Assembly (NCBI GenBank): GCA_002269645.1
Contig: NIVC01003415.1
Coordinates: 1 to 64,000 of the forward strand
Direction: 5' to 3'
Origin: Macrostomum lignano
Lineage: Eukaryota
Length of the DNA: 64,000 nt
Below, in pieces: positions 1 through 13,300 of the stretch. The translations under genes and the position numbers were made by a program. The notes below the pieces were generated by a model. That model had not been told where the DNA came from, searched no databases, and saw nothing but the letters and a program-made list of their open reading frames with translations. The number at the start of each line of letters is the position of its first letter. The first letter of the stretch is position 1.

Positions 1-95
1 GAAACTATGTGAGTATGAATGCCTTGAAATTTATTGAAACAATGCGTGAATAGAGAATTGCGCTACACAGACTGAGAATGAGAGCATGAGGTCTG

Positions 96-410
<315 letters not shown>

Positions 411-1015
411 GACAAAGGGAGAGCTGGCGGGATGAGGCAGCGCAGGTTGCGTGACAAGAATCCTGGCATGCAGACGCCACAGCAGGAACTCCCTCCAGCC
501 AGTCTTCTCCTAGTAGCAATAAGTTCTGGAGAGCCCTGATTTCACAAGGGAGAAATTCAAGCAACTGTGACTCGCAATTTAAGAGCAGACTGAGCCAGCT
601 GTGTGCGTGTGAATTCCAAGAAACCCGAAATCGCGAGCTTATCACTGGCATTCGAGCTCCATCAGCGCCCCCCAAAGCCACTTATTTGATAATGAGAAGG
701 CGGAACAGGCTGGGAACAAGTGAAGCCAGACGGGAATTCAAATTCCTGGGTGCAAGGAATGCATTTGTTAGAAACCCGAAAGAGAATCTTGAGTGAAGAG
801 CATTGTGCCCTGTAATTTAGCCCAGCTGAATTGCTGCCCAACTTTCCTTGAATGTATCTCTTTGCCAGGGCTTCTCTGTGTCCGATTTGAGTCCATTAAA
901 TTATGTGTATTTCCTGAATAAATTCTCTTTATCTGAAGGCTACAGGCTTGACTTGAGCTCAAGTGTCACTGCTATAGGGATTCAGTTCTGAATGCCGAGT
1001 CTGGGGGCGCTTTTT

Positions 1016-1352
1016 TAAGCGCCTACTGAACATAAGCACACACTGTCATAAGCGCTTACTGAACATAAGCGCACACTGTCATAAGCGCTTACTGAGCATA
1101 AGCGCACACTGTCATAAGCGCTTACTGAACATAAGCGCACACTGTCATAAGCGCTTACTGAGCATAAGCGCACACTGTCATAAGCGCTTACTGAACATAA
1201 GCGCACACTGTCATAAGCCCTTATTGAACATAAGCGCACACTGTCATAAGTGCTTACTGAGCATAAGCGCACACTGTCATAAGCGCCTACTGAACATAAG
1301 CGCACACTGTCATAAGCTCTTACTGAGCATAAGCGCACACTGTCATAAGCGC
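1016..1352. repeat. 33-bp minisatellite (ACTGAACATAAGCGCACACTGTCATAAGCGCTT), about 10 copies
   Basis: Tandem copies read directly. The array ends about 40 nt upstream of the acceptor at 1391. Confidence 0.95.
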
Positions 1353-1391
1353 GCAATATATAAATGAAACCCTCAACTCCAACTCAAGCAG

Positions 1392-4300
1392 CTCAAGCGG
1401 CCAGCGGCAGCGGCGGGCTCAGCCTGAGCATCAGCCAGTCCCAGGCCTCAGTGCAGCCGGGAGACCCTGTGGCCATCAGCTGCAGTTTCTTCCCGGCAGC
1501 GACCTACATTTTCTGGCGCTTCTCCCCCGACGAGGGGCGCACGTGGACCCGGCTGGGCATCTGCCACTCGGATTCGGCCAGGTGCAACCAGCTGGGCGCC
1601 TCGCCTGCCGACCGTGCAGTCCGGCTGAGCACGAACGGCAGCCTGACCATCGGGAACGTCAGCAGAGCCAGCGACGGGGCGTACGAGTGCGAAGGAATTC
1701 GAAATACGGACTCGGCCAAGGGCAACGCCAGCGTAACTGTGGCCAGTGAGTAGGGTGAGAGGTAGACCATAGTGTGCAGTGGAGTAGGGTGAGAGGTAGA
1801 CCATAGTGTGCATTGGAGTAGGGTGAGAGGTAGACCATAGTGTGCAGTGGAGTAGGGTGAGAGGTAGACCATAGTGTGCATTGGAGTAGGGTGAGAGGTA
1901 GACCATAGTGTGCAGTGGAGTAGGGCATGTGACTGAGAGGCATAGAGTGCGGGTGAGATGCAGTCTAGTGCTAATTCTAGGTTCAGAGAGTGCGGATCTG
2001 TGAGTGAGCAGGCTCACCCCCAACAGTGTAAAACATTCAAGACGGCGGAAATGAGTTACTGAGGTAACAGGCTGGATAATTAGAAAAAAGCAAAAAAATT
2101 CCCTCCGCCAGAGACTGAGCAGCCGCGGCGGCAGTCTCGCTAGCAGACAGCAGCAGATCACGCCTGCCATCCCACTATAGCCAGCCGTTACCGGAGAACC
2201 CCAAGGGGGGTGTCTTCCTCCGCCAGTTGCCATCCCTCATAGTTGCTGAGCATTCTTTACTGCTTGGCTCAAAAAGCTACTCAAGAAAATTTTTTTCGGA
2301 GCGGAAAAAAATCGCAGAACAAGGAGGGGCAGCGGGGAAAGGGGGGACTCCAAATGAGACTCCGTCAGGGACTTCGAGACGGGCACAGAGCGCCTTGAGT
2401 GTCCCAGCCAGCAGACGCTCAGTAAAATAATAGGGTGAGGGGATAAAACTCCTCTTCAACTTGACTTTGCTGGAAGGTCGCTTCCTCCTCAAAAATCCAC
2501 TCAGTCGCCACTCCAGCCGGGCCTCAACTGCTTTCCCTGAGCTCTCCCTGCTCAATTTCTCTCCACGGCATGAGCAGAGAAAGCGGTCGCTACCCCCGGC
2601 GGGGGGGAGCGCCGAGAAAAAAACCTGAGCAAACTGAGCCTGGGGGTGACGCAATTTCACCTGTCAAATTGACGGCCCTCATCCGTGATGCGACAATTCC
2701 TTATCCCCCAACTATTTGTTACCTGGTGAACAAACAGCTCCTCTGTGAATGGACAGTCTAAAGCAGCTTGTCATCTGTATTCACAAAGAGTTGGCTGCGG
2801 GCACCCCCTGATGCAGCCCCTTCACCCTCTCTGTGTTGTGCACAGGTTATATTTTCATTCATTCCACTGATCCCAAATGATCTGAATCTGCAGCTCCGCC
2901 GGGATCGCCGACATTGTGGGGCCCGGCAGGCCCGACAGCCGAAGGCCGGCGAGTCCGGCTGAGCTGCACCAGCCTCGGCGGTAACCCGCCGCCTCGACTC
3001 ATCTGGCTGCGTCGAAGATTCGGCCAGTCGGAGTTCGAACCCCTGACCTCGGATGCCAATTACTCGTCAGAGTCTTCGTCCGTTGAAATTCGCCGCCAAC
3101 CTCCGGAGAGAAAGTTCGGCGCCCAGCGGAGCGAGCTGCTGATGGTGGCCAGGGCCGCGGACCACCGGGCGCTGATCCGCTGCCGGGCGCTGCACCCCAT
3201 GGGAAACTCCAGCAGCGAGAGCCTGCATCTCGGGGTGCTGTGTGAGTGGGGCAGCTGGGGTTGGATTCCAGTTGAGTTGGGAGGGATTCTATTCTATACT
3301 CGATATTGTTTGCATCGGACAGTCATCATTAAATATAATAATTAATTCCCCACAAGCTAATTCCTCAAGAACTAATTCCCCAAGAACTAATTACCTACAA
3401 ACTAATTCCCTACAAACTAGTTCCCTACAAACTAGTTCCCTACAAACTAGTTCCCTACAAACTAGTTCCCTACAAACTAGTTCCCTACAAACTAATTCCC
3501 TACAAACTAATTCCCTACAAACTAATTCCCTACAAACTAATTCCCTACAAACTAGTTCCCTACAAACTAGTTCCCTACAAACTAATTCCCTACAAACTAG
3601 TTCCCTACAAACTGATTCCCTACAAACTAATTCCCTACAAACTAATTCCCTACAAACTAATTCCCTACAAACTAGTTCCCTACAAACTGATTCCCTACAA
3701 ACTAATTCCCTACAAACTAATTCCCTACAAACTAGTTCCCTACAAACTGATTCCCTACAAACTAATTCCCTACAAACTAATTCCCTACAAACTAATTCCC
3801 TACAAACTAATTCCCTACAAACTAATTCCCCCAGACCCCCCGCGAGTCCGATGGTCGCGGCTGCAAGCGGCCTCCGTCCGCCTGGGCGACGCCGTCTGGT
3901 TGAACTGCACCGCGGATGCAAATCCGGCCGCCGAAGTGTCGCTGTGGATGGACGGCTCGGCCGTGTCAGGTGAGTGCGGTACTGGCTACTGAAGCTATCT
4001 GACTTAAGTAGTCAGTTACGGTTGTAGGATAATTTAGTTATTTCGCATTTTTATTTAAATTTCTATGCCTTTGCTATTGATTTTCTTGTCGCAACTTGTT
4101 GCTTCTATTGCCTGTTTTTTGCTTTTTCTGTTGTTCGGATGCCTCTTTTCTCTGTTTGCTCTGTTCTTTTTTTCTACGAGTCCTCACGGTTCATGAGCCG
4201 GTATTAGCTTGGTATATTAATTAATCAGAGATTCGCTTTACATTCCTTTCTTGCTACTCATTCATTAGTAGGCGATATCTTCTATTTATTGTTTTACAAG

Positions 4301-7300
4301 TGTGGCTGCAGACACCGCCATAAAACCAGCCTTTTCCCCGCCACCGCAGGCGCAGGGAACTCCAGCGTCAGTCACAGAGTCCCCGCCGCGTCCCTGGAAG
4401 ACGCCGGCACCTACGAGTGCCGCGCGGCGAACTCGATGACGAACTCCTCGGCCTCCGCGGCAAACTTCACGCTGGAGGTGCAGCACCCGCCAGTGGTTTC
4501 CGTGCCTTCGTCCGTGGTTGTCCGCGAGTTCGCGCCCCTCCGCCTCAGCTGCCGTGTGCGCGCCAATCCGCCAGCCAGCTGGATTCGCTGGCGCCGTCAG
4601 GATGCGGCTCAGCAGCTGCCGAAGCCTCCGTCGGGAAATTCCACAGAGCCGCCGCCGTCGCAGCCGCTGCTGCTTGAGCTGGCCTCGGCCACTCGCTCCG
4701 ACGCCGGCCGCTGGCTGTGCGAGGCAGGTAACAGCCTGGCAACGGCATCCGCGGCGACCGCGGTGGCAGTCGAGTACCCGCCCGGCATGCCCGAAGCTTC
4801 GGCCGCTGTCGACAGCAGCGTCGTTTCCGCAGTCAGCGCCCTGGCTGGAGACAACCTGACGCTCGTCTGCTCGCCCAACCGGCTCAGCCCGGGCTTCCCG
4901 CGGCCCCGCCTGGCCTGGTCGAGAGTCTCCGCGCGAGATTCTCCCGGAGGCAACGACGATGGAGACAGCGACGATTCGAACTTTCGATTCGATTCGACGA
5001 TTCCATCGGATCGGCCCGTCCTTCAGCTGGTCAACGTCAGCCTCTCGGACACTGGCCGGTATCGCTGCCGCGCCAGCAACAGAGTCGGCCAGTCCGCGCC
5101 GGCCACCCTGCGGGTCAGCGTGGAATCGGCGCCAGCTTGGCGCCACGGCAGCGCGCCCAATGTGACGGCGCCGGCTGGCCAGGCCGAATTCGAGCTCGTC
5201 TGCGAATTTCAGGCGCGGCCCAGAGCGAAGATCGTCTGGCGGAGGATCGACGAAGACGGCGGGGGCGGCGGCGGCGGCGACAGCGCGACCGTCGGACTGG
5301 CCGGCTCTGGGGCGAGGTTCAGCGTGGTGGAGACGGCGGACGATAGGGACTCGTGAGGATTCGGGGATTAGGGATTCGGGGATTCGGAGATTGGGGATTC
5401 GGGAATTGGGGATTGGGGATTCGGGGACTGGAGACTCGGGGGTTGGGGATTTGGGGATTGGGGATTGGGGATTCGGGGACTGGAGACTCGGGGATTGGGG
5501 ATTCGGGGATTCGCGGATTGGGGATTGGAGATTCGGGGATTGTGGATTCAAGGATTGGGGATTCGGGGATTGGGGATTCGGGGATTGGAGATTCGGGGAT
5601 TGTAGATTCAAGGATTGGGGATTGGGGATTCGGGGATTGGGGATTGGGGATTGGGATTGGGGATTCGGGGATTGGGGATTCGGGGATTGGGGATTCAAGG
5701 ATTGGGGATTCGGGATTGGGATTGGGGATTCGGGATCGGGGGATTGGGGATTCGGGGATTGGGGATTCGGGATTGGGGATTCGGGGATTGGGGATTCAAG
5801 GATTGGGGATTCGGGGATTGGGGATTCGGGGATCGGGGATCGGGGATTGGGGATTCGGGGATTGGGGACTCGGGAATTGGGGACTCGGGATTTGGGGACT
5901 CGGGAATTGGGAATTCGGGAATTGGGAATTCGGGGATTGTGGATTGGGGATTGGGGATTCGGGGATTGGGGATTGGGGATTGGGGATTGGGGATTGGGGA
6001 TTGGGGATTGGGGATTGGGGATTCAAGGATTGCGGATTCGGGGATTGGGGATTGGGGATTCGGGGATCGGGGATTAGGGATTCGGGGATTGGGGACTCGG
6101 GAATTGGGGACTCGGGATTTGGGGGCTCGGGAATTGGGAATTCGGGGATTGGGGATTGGGGATTCAAGATTGGGGATTCGGGGATTGGGGATTCGGGGAT
6201 TGGGGATTGGGGATTCAAGATTGGGGATTCGGGGATTGGGGATTGGGGATTCTTCTTGATGACTCAGATTAAATGATTCCTTATAACCCAACCCCACGCT
6301 GCCCCACTCCTAGCTTCACCACAAAGAGCCGTCTGATCTTTGTCGGCAGCCGGAGGACCGAGTTGGAGCCGGAAGACGCGGGGCTGTACCGCTGCTCGGC
6401 TGAAAATATCCGCGGAGAGGTTGCGCACTCCATCAGGCTGACAGTCGAATGTGAGTTACGATGAATTCCTTTTTATACCCCTAACAAGCTTTCCATGACT
6501 TCGCCTAATGATAATCTTATTGACTAGCCTCTATATTTAAAGTAAGGTAGCATCATGATCCCCCGTGACGTCTGTTAATTTTGATGACCCCATGATGACG
6601 CATGTTGACCAACGATGACCCCATGATGACCCTGTGATAACCCCATGGACCGACCCCTTAACAACCCCTCAGTCGCCCCAATCATCGAGCCGAGTCCCAG
6701 TCTCGTGGCGCTGGACGGCCAGGCCTCACTGGAGTGCTCAGTACTTGCCAAGCCCAGCCCAACTGTCACCTGGGAGTTCGCCAATAGCAGCCACGTGGGC
6801 CTGACTCTGCCGGACCCTAGACATCGCGGCCGAGTTCGGAGCACCCTGCACGGGGCTCGAACCCTGGGCCTCTACGCCTGCGTTGCTCGAAATCGACTTG
6901 GCGTGGCTAGGCGCGAGTTCCGTCTGGTTCCATCCGGACCGCCGTCACCGCCAGAGGACGTTCAAGTGGTGGCAACTGGCTGGGACCGGCTCGAACTGGT
7001 CTGGCGGCCCGGCTTCGACGGTGGACAACCGGCAACTCCCATTGTGAACTGTCGGCGACTGGCGGTGCCAACCGAGTCGACAATAAAAATGGCACAGACA
7101 GCAGCGCATTTGGCGGTGTCCACTAGGTGAGTTCGACTTATTTAATCTTGCATTTGCAGTTGATTCTGCTAACTGCGGGTTACTAGCCAGTTTTAAATAG
7201 TTTACGCCGCCTCTTAGGATGGGGTAGAAAATTAGGATGATGGGGTGAAGTGAGGACCAGCCAATCGCAGGTGGTCACGTGCCCGTGTGGGATGGTGGAC

Positions 7301-10300
7301 TCTGGATAGAAAATGAAAAGGGTTAGTGTGACATAGTGATGCGATGGACTTTCAAATAGTTTGTGTGTACTTTTACTGAAGTGTTGACTCACTAGCAGTG
7401 GCGATTGTTATTGACCGGCTTAGAGATTTGTTTGGTATTGTATTCAACCCCCACCCCATGCGCGCGTGATTGAATCTGTCTGCACCCACCAGGGCCACCA
7501 CCTCATTGTTAACTAATAAATATTGTCAGCCTAGCTCTCAAAGTTATCACAGTTAGACTGGTAGGCTAGCCAATCGCATGGCGTCACGTGTTGGTATGGG
7601 TGGTCGACTCTGAATAGAAAGTAAGAAGGGGTAGAGTGGTGGCTAGCCAATCGCAGGGCGTCACGTGTTGGTATGGGTGGTGGACTCTGGGTAGAAAATG
7701 AAAAGGGGTAGAGTGGTAGGCTAGCCAATCGCAGGGCGTCACGTGTTGGTATGGGGTGGTGGACTCTGGATAGAAAATGAAAAGGGGTAGAGTGGTAGGC
7801 TAGCCAATCGCAGCGCGTCACGTGTTGGAATGGGGTGGTGGACTCTGGATAGAAAGTGAGAAGGGGTAGAATGTCTCGACTACAGTGCTCTAAAACTTGC
7901 TACTGTCCTTATTAGATAAGCTAGATTAGCCGCTGTTAAATATTACATTTCAAAGCGTTTCGGCAACACAATCTGCGGCGAACTTGACTGGTCTCCGGCC
8001 GGACACTGAGTACGCATGCTCGGTGCGAGCTGCCAATCGACTTGGCCAGGGCCAGCATATCCATCTGAAGGATCCGACATGAAGGGACAGCATATCCAGC
8101 TGAAGGATCCGACATGAAGGGACAGCATATCCATCTGAAGGATCCGACATGAAGGACAGCATATCCAGCTGAATGGTCTGACATAAAGGACAGCATATCC
8201 AGCTGAAGGGTCTGACATGAAGGGACAGCATATCCAGCTGAAGGGTCTGACATGAAGGGACAGCATATCCATCTGAAGGGTCTGACATGAAGGACAGCAT
8301 ATCCATCTGAAGGGTCTGACATGAAGGGACAGCATATCCAGCTAAAGGGTCTGACATGAAGGGACAGCATATCCAGCTGAAGGATCCGACATGAAGGACA
8401 GCATATCCAGCTGAAGGATCCGACATGAAGGGACAGCATATCCAGCTGAAGGGTCTGACATGAAGGGACAGCATAACCAGCTGAAGGATCCAACATGAAG
8501 GGACAGCATAACCAGCTGAAGGATCCGACATGAAGGGACAGCATAACCAGCTAAAGGATCCGACATGAAGGGACAGCATAACCAGCTAAAGGATCCGACA
8601 TGAAGGGACAGCATATCCATCTGAAGGATCCGACATGAAGGACAGCATATCCAGCTGAAGGATCCGACATGAAGGGACAGCATATCCAGCTGAAGGATCC
8701 GACATGAAGGGACAGCATAACCAGCTGAAGGGTCTGACATGAAGGGACAGCATATCCAGCTAAAGGGTCTGACATGAAGGGACAGCATATCCAGCTGAAG
8801 GATCCGACATGAAGGACAGCATATCCAGCTGAAGGATCCGACATGAAGGGACAGCATAACCAGCTGAAGGATCCGACATGAAGGGACAGCATAACCAGCT
8901 GAAGGGTCTGACATGAAGGGACAGCATATCCATCTGAAGGGTCTGACATGAAGGGACAGCATATCCAGCTGAAGGGTCTGACATGAAGGGACAGCATATC
9001 CAGCTGAAGGGTCTGACATGAAGGGACAGCATATCCATCTGAAGGGTCTGACATGAAGGGACAGCATATCCATCTGAAGGGTCTGACATGAAGGGACAGC
9101 ATATCCATCTGAAGGGTCTGACATGAAGGGACAGCATATCCAGCTGAAGGGTCTGACATGAAGGACAGCATATCCAGCTGAAGGGTCTGACATGAAGGGA
9201 CAGCATAACCAGCTGAAGGGTCTGACATGAAGGGACAGCATATCCAGCTGAAGGGTCTGACATGAAGGGACAGCATATCCAGCTGAAGGGTCTGACATGA
9301 AGGGACAGCATATCCAGCTGAATGGTCTGACATGAAGGGACAGCATATCCAGCTGAAGGGTCTGACATGAAGGGACAGCATATCCAGCTGAAGGGTCTGA
9401 CATGAAGGGACAGCATATCCAGCTGAAGGGTCTGACATGAAGGGACAGCATATCCATCTGAAGGGTCTGACATGAAGGGACAGCATATCCAGCTGAAGGG
9501 TCTGACATGAAGGGACAGCATATCCAGCTGAAGGGTCTGACATGAAGGGACAGCATATCCATCTGAAGGGTCTGACATGAAGGGACAGCATATCCAGCTG
9601 AAGGGTCTGACATGAAGGGACAGCATATCCAGCTGAAGGGTCTGACATGAAGGGACAGCATATCCAGCTGAAGGGTCTGACATGAAGGGACAGCATATCC
9701 AGCTGAAGGGTCTGACATGAAGGGACAGCATATCCAGCTGAATGGTCTGACATGAAGGGACAGGATATCCAGCTGAAGGGTCTGACATGAAGGGACAGGA
9801 TAACCAGCTGAAGGGTCTGACATGAAGGGACAGCATATCCAGCTGAAGGGTCTGACATGAAGGGACAGCATATCCATCTGAAGGGTCTGACATGAAGGGA
9901 CAGCATATCCAGCTGAAGGGTCTGACATGAAGGGACAGCATATCCAGCTGAAGGGTCTGACATGAAGGGACAGCATATCCATCTGAAGGGTCTGACATGA
10001 AGGGACAGCATATCCAGCTGAAGGGTCTGACATGAAGGGACAGCATATCCAGCTGAAGGGTCTGACATGAAGGGACAGCATATCCAGCTGAAGGGTCTGA
10101 CATGAAGGGACAGCATATCCAGCTGAAGGGTCTGACATGAAGGGACAGCATATCCAGCTGAATGGTCTGACATGAAGGGACAGCATATCCAGCTGAAGGG
10201 TCTGACATGAAGGGACAGGATAACCAGCTGAAGGGTCTGACATGAAGGGACAGCATATCCAGCTGAAGGGTCTGACATGAAGGGACAGCATATCCATCTG

Positions 10301-13300
10301 AAGGGTCTGACATGAAGGGACAGCATATCCAGCTGAAGGGTCTGACATGAAGGGACAGCATATCCAGCTGAAGGGTCCGACATGAAGGGACAGCATATCC
10401 ATCTGAAGGGTCTGACATGAAGGGACAGCATATCCAGCTGAAGGGTCCAACATGAAGGGACAGCATATCCAGCTGAAGGGTCTGACATGAAGGGACAGCA
10501 TATCCAGCTGAAGGGTCTGACATGAAGGGACAGGATATCCAGCTGAAGGGTCTGACATGAAGGGACAGGATAACCAGCTGAAGGGTCTGACATGAAGGGA
10601 CAGCATATCCAGCTGAAGGGTCTGACATGAAGGGACAGGATATCCAGCTGAAGGGTCTGACATGAAGGGACAGCATATCCAGCTGAAGGGTCTGACATGA
10701 AGGGACAGCATATCCATCTGAAGGGTCTGACATGAAGGGACAGCATATCCAGCTGAAGGGTCTGACATGAAGGGACAGCATATCCAGCTGAAGGGTCTGA
10801 CATGAAGGGACAGCATATCCAGCTGAAGGGTCTGACATGAAGGGACAGCATATCCATCTGAAGGGTCTGACATGAAGGGACAGCATATCCAGCTGAAGGG
10901 TCTGACATGAAGGGACAGCATATCCAGCTGAAGGGTCTGACATGAAGGGACAGCATATCCATCTGAAGGGTCTGACATGAAGGGACAGCATATCCAGCTG
11001 AAGGGTCTGACATGAAGGGACAGCATATCCAGCTGAAGGGTCTGACATGAAGGGACAGCATATCCAGCTGAAGGGTCTGACATGAAGGGACAGGATATCC
11101 AGCTGAAGGGTCTGACATGAAGGGACAGCATATCCAGCTGAATGGTCTGACATGAAGGGACAGGATATCCAGCTGAAGGGTCTGACATGAAGGGACAGGA
11201 TAACCAGCTGAAGGGTCTGACATGAAGGGACAGCATATCCAGCTGAAGGGTCTGACATGAAGGGACAGCATATCCAGCTGAAGGGTCTGACATGAAGGGA
11301 CAGCATATCCAGCTGAATGGTCTGACATGAAGGGACAGCATATCCAGCTGAAGGGTCTGACATGAAGGGACAGCATATCCAGCTGAAGGGTCTGACATGA
11401 AGGGACAGCATATCCAGCTGAAGGGTCTGACATGAAGGGACAGCATATCCATCTGAAGGGTCTGACATGAAGGGACAGCATATCCAGCTAAAGGGTCTGA
11501 CATGAAGGGACAGCATATCCAGCTGAAGGGTCTGACATGAAGGGACAGCATATCCATCTGAAGGGTCTGACATGAAGGGACAGCATATCCAGCTGAAGGG
11601 TCTGACATGAAGGGACAGCATATCCAGCTGAAGGGTCTGACATGAAGGGACAGCATATCCAGCTGAAGGGTCTGACATGAAGGGACAGGATATCCAGCTG
11701 AAGGGTCTGACATGAAGGGACAGCATATCCAGCTGAATGGTCTGACATGAAGGGACAGGATATCCAGCTGAAGGGTCTGACATGAAGGGACAGGATAACC
11801 AGCTGAAGGGTCTGACATGAAGGGACAGCATATCCAGCTGAAGGGTCTGACATGAAGGGACAGCATATCCATCTGAAGGGTCTGACATGAAGGGACAGCA
11901 TATCCAGCTGAAGGGTCTGACATGAAGGGACAGCATAACCAGCTAAAGGATCCGACATGAAGGGACAGCATAACCAGCTAAAGGATCCGACATGAAGGGA
12001 CAGCATAACCAGCTGAAGGATCCGACATGAAGGGACAGCATAACCAGCTGAAGGGTCTGACATGAAAAGACAGCATAACCAGCTGAAGGATCCGACATGA
12101 AGGGACAGCATAACCAGCTGAAGGGTCTGACATGAAGGGACAGGATATCCAGCTGAAGGGTCTGACATGAAGGGACAGCATATCCAGCTGAAGGATCCGA
12201 CATGAAGGACAGCATATCCAGCTGAAGGATCCGACATGAAGGGACAGCATAACCAGCTGAAGGATCCGACATGAAGGGACAGCATATCCAGCTGAAGGGT
12301 CTGACATGAAGGGACAGCATATCCAGCTGAAGGGTCTGACATGAAGGGACAGCATATCCAGCTGAAGGGTCTGACATGAAGGGACAGGATAACCAGCTGA
12401 AGAGAGAAGCCTCCAAGGCCTCTATTTTTAGAAAGGCGATGCCATACAGTCAGGCAGTCAGTAAGTACACAGCCTTTGAACAGCCATCGCATTGATCACG
12501 AATCGTTAAACGCAGTTGATTGACTTACTGTTGTTTATCGAGTAGCTGGAGGAGAGTACAGGGCAGCGACCTCCTGTCAGGGGGTTAGGAATCAGAAGTA
12601 GGTCATTGAGATCACTCTGGGGGGGGGGGAAGAGGACCAACGGAAACTCCAATCTGGGCTGCGATCCCTATAAGCCAATTTTCCTTCATATATACAGCAT
12701 CATCGAATACTCGCTTCTCCATCTCGGCTTCCTATTCCCCATCATCCCTTTCCTGCCGCATTAGATAGCCCAGGGGAAGAGCTCCTCGGAGGATGGCAGT
12801 GAATTCGCGCTAATTCATTGTTGCTACGCTAGATTACGAGTATACTGTTTATGGATGCACTGCCCTGCGCGGGACGAAATCTGATAAGCAACAGAAATCC
12901 CCCCGCTAGGGCTCGAGGCGACACTTCTCGAGTTCGTCTTCTCTCATCCAGTTTTCCTATTCCCAACTCAGTGGACCAATCACGGCTGCCCCAATACTGA
13001 AGCAGTGCGAAGCTTTTAGTATAAAAAGACTTAGCAATTTAGTTGATCTTTCTAACTGTTTTTATTTGCTGAAAAAAAGAAATGGACCAGAATGCAACGA
13101 ACTTGCTGGTTGATGCCAGAGAGACCGAGGCCAATACGCTCGTACGACAGAAAAATGGAGCGCTGGCCTGAATCTCGTATTGCAGGAGATCAGTAAGCTG
13201 TTGAGTTTCTGGTTGCGAATTGGCGAAACTGGCCAATGCATTCGTGAGAGTTGGTTAGACTAGCAATCCATTCCATTGCTCCATTCGTGATTGGCTAGAC

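Noticed and set aside
411-1010. Possible retroelement fragment after the GA tract
   Set aside because: No recognisable gag, protease or RT motif in the frames I examined.
4286-5698. Long antisense ORFs over GC-rich exons (also 32490-33909 and 45224-46724)
   Set aside because: Shadow ORFs from high GC and codon bias, opposite well-supported genes.
5353-6297. Gly/Ile/Asp-rich or collagen-like ORFs
   Set aside because: They lie inside an intron whose flanking exons join in phase 2 to complete an Ig domain.
8052-12402. CRISPR array or giant minus-strand ORFs (up to 1209 aa)
   Set aside because: The units are head-to-tail with no unique spacers and there are no cas genes in a eukaryotic context. 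The ORFs are open only because the reverse strand of the 35-mer lacks stops.
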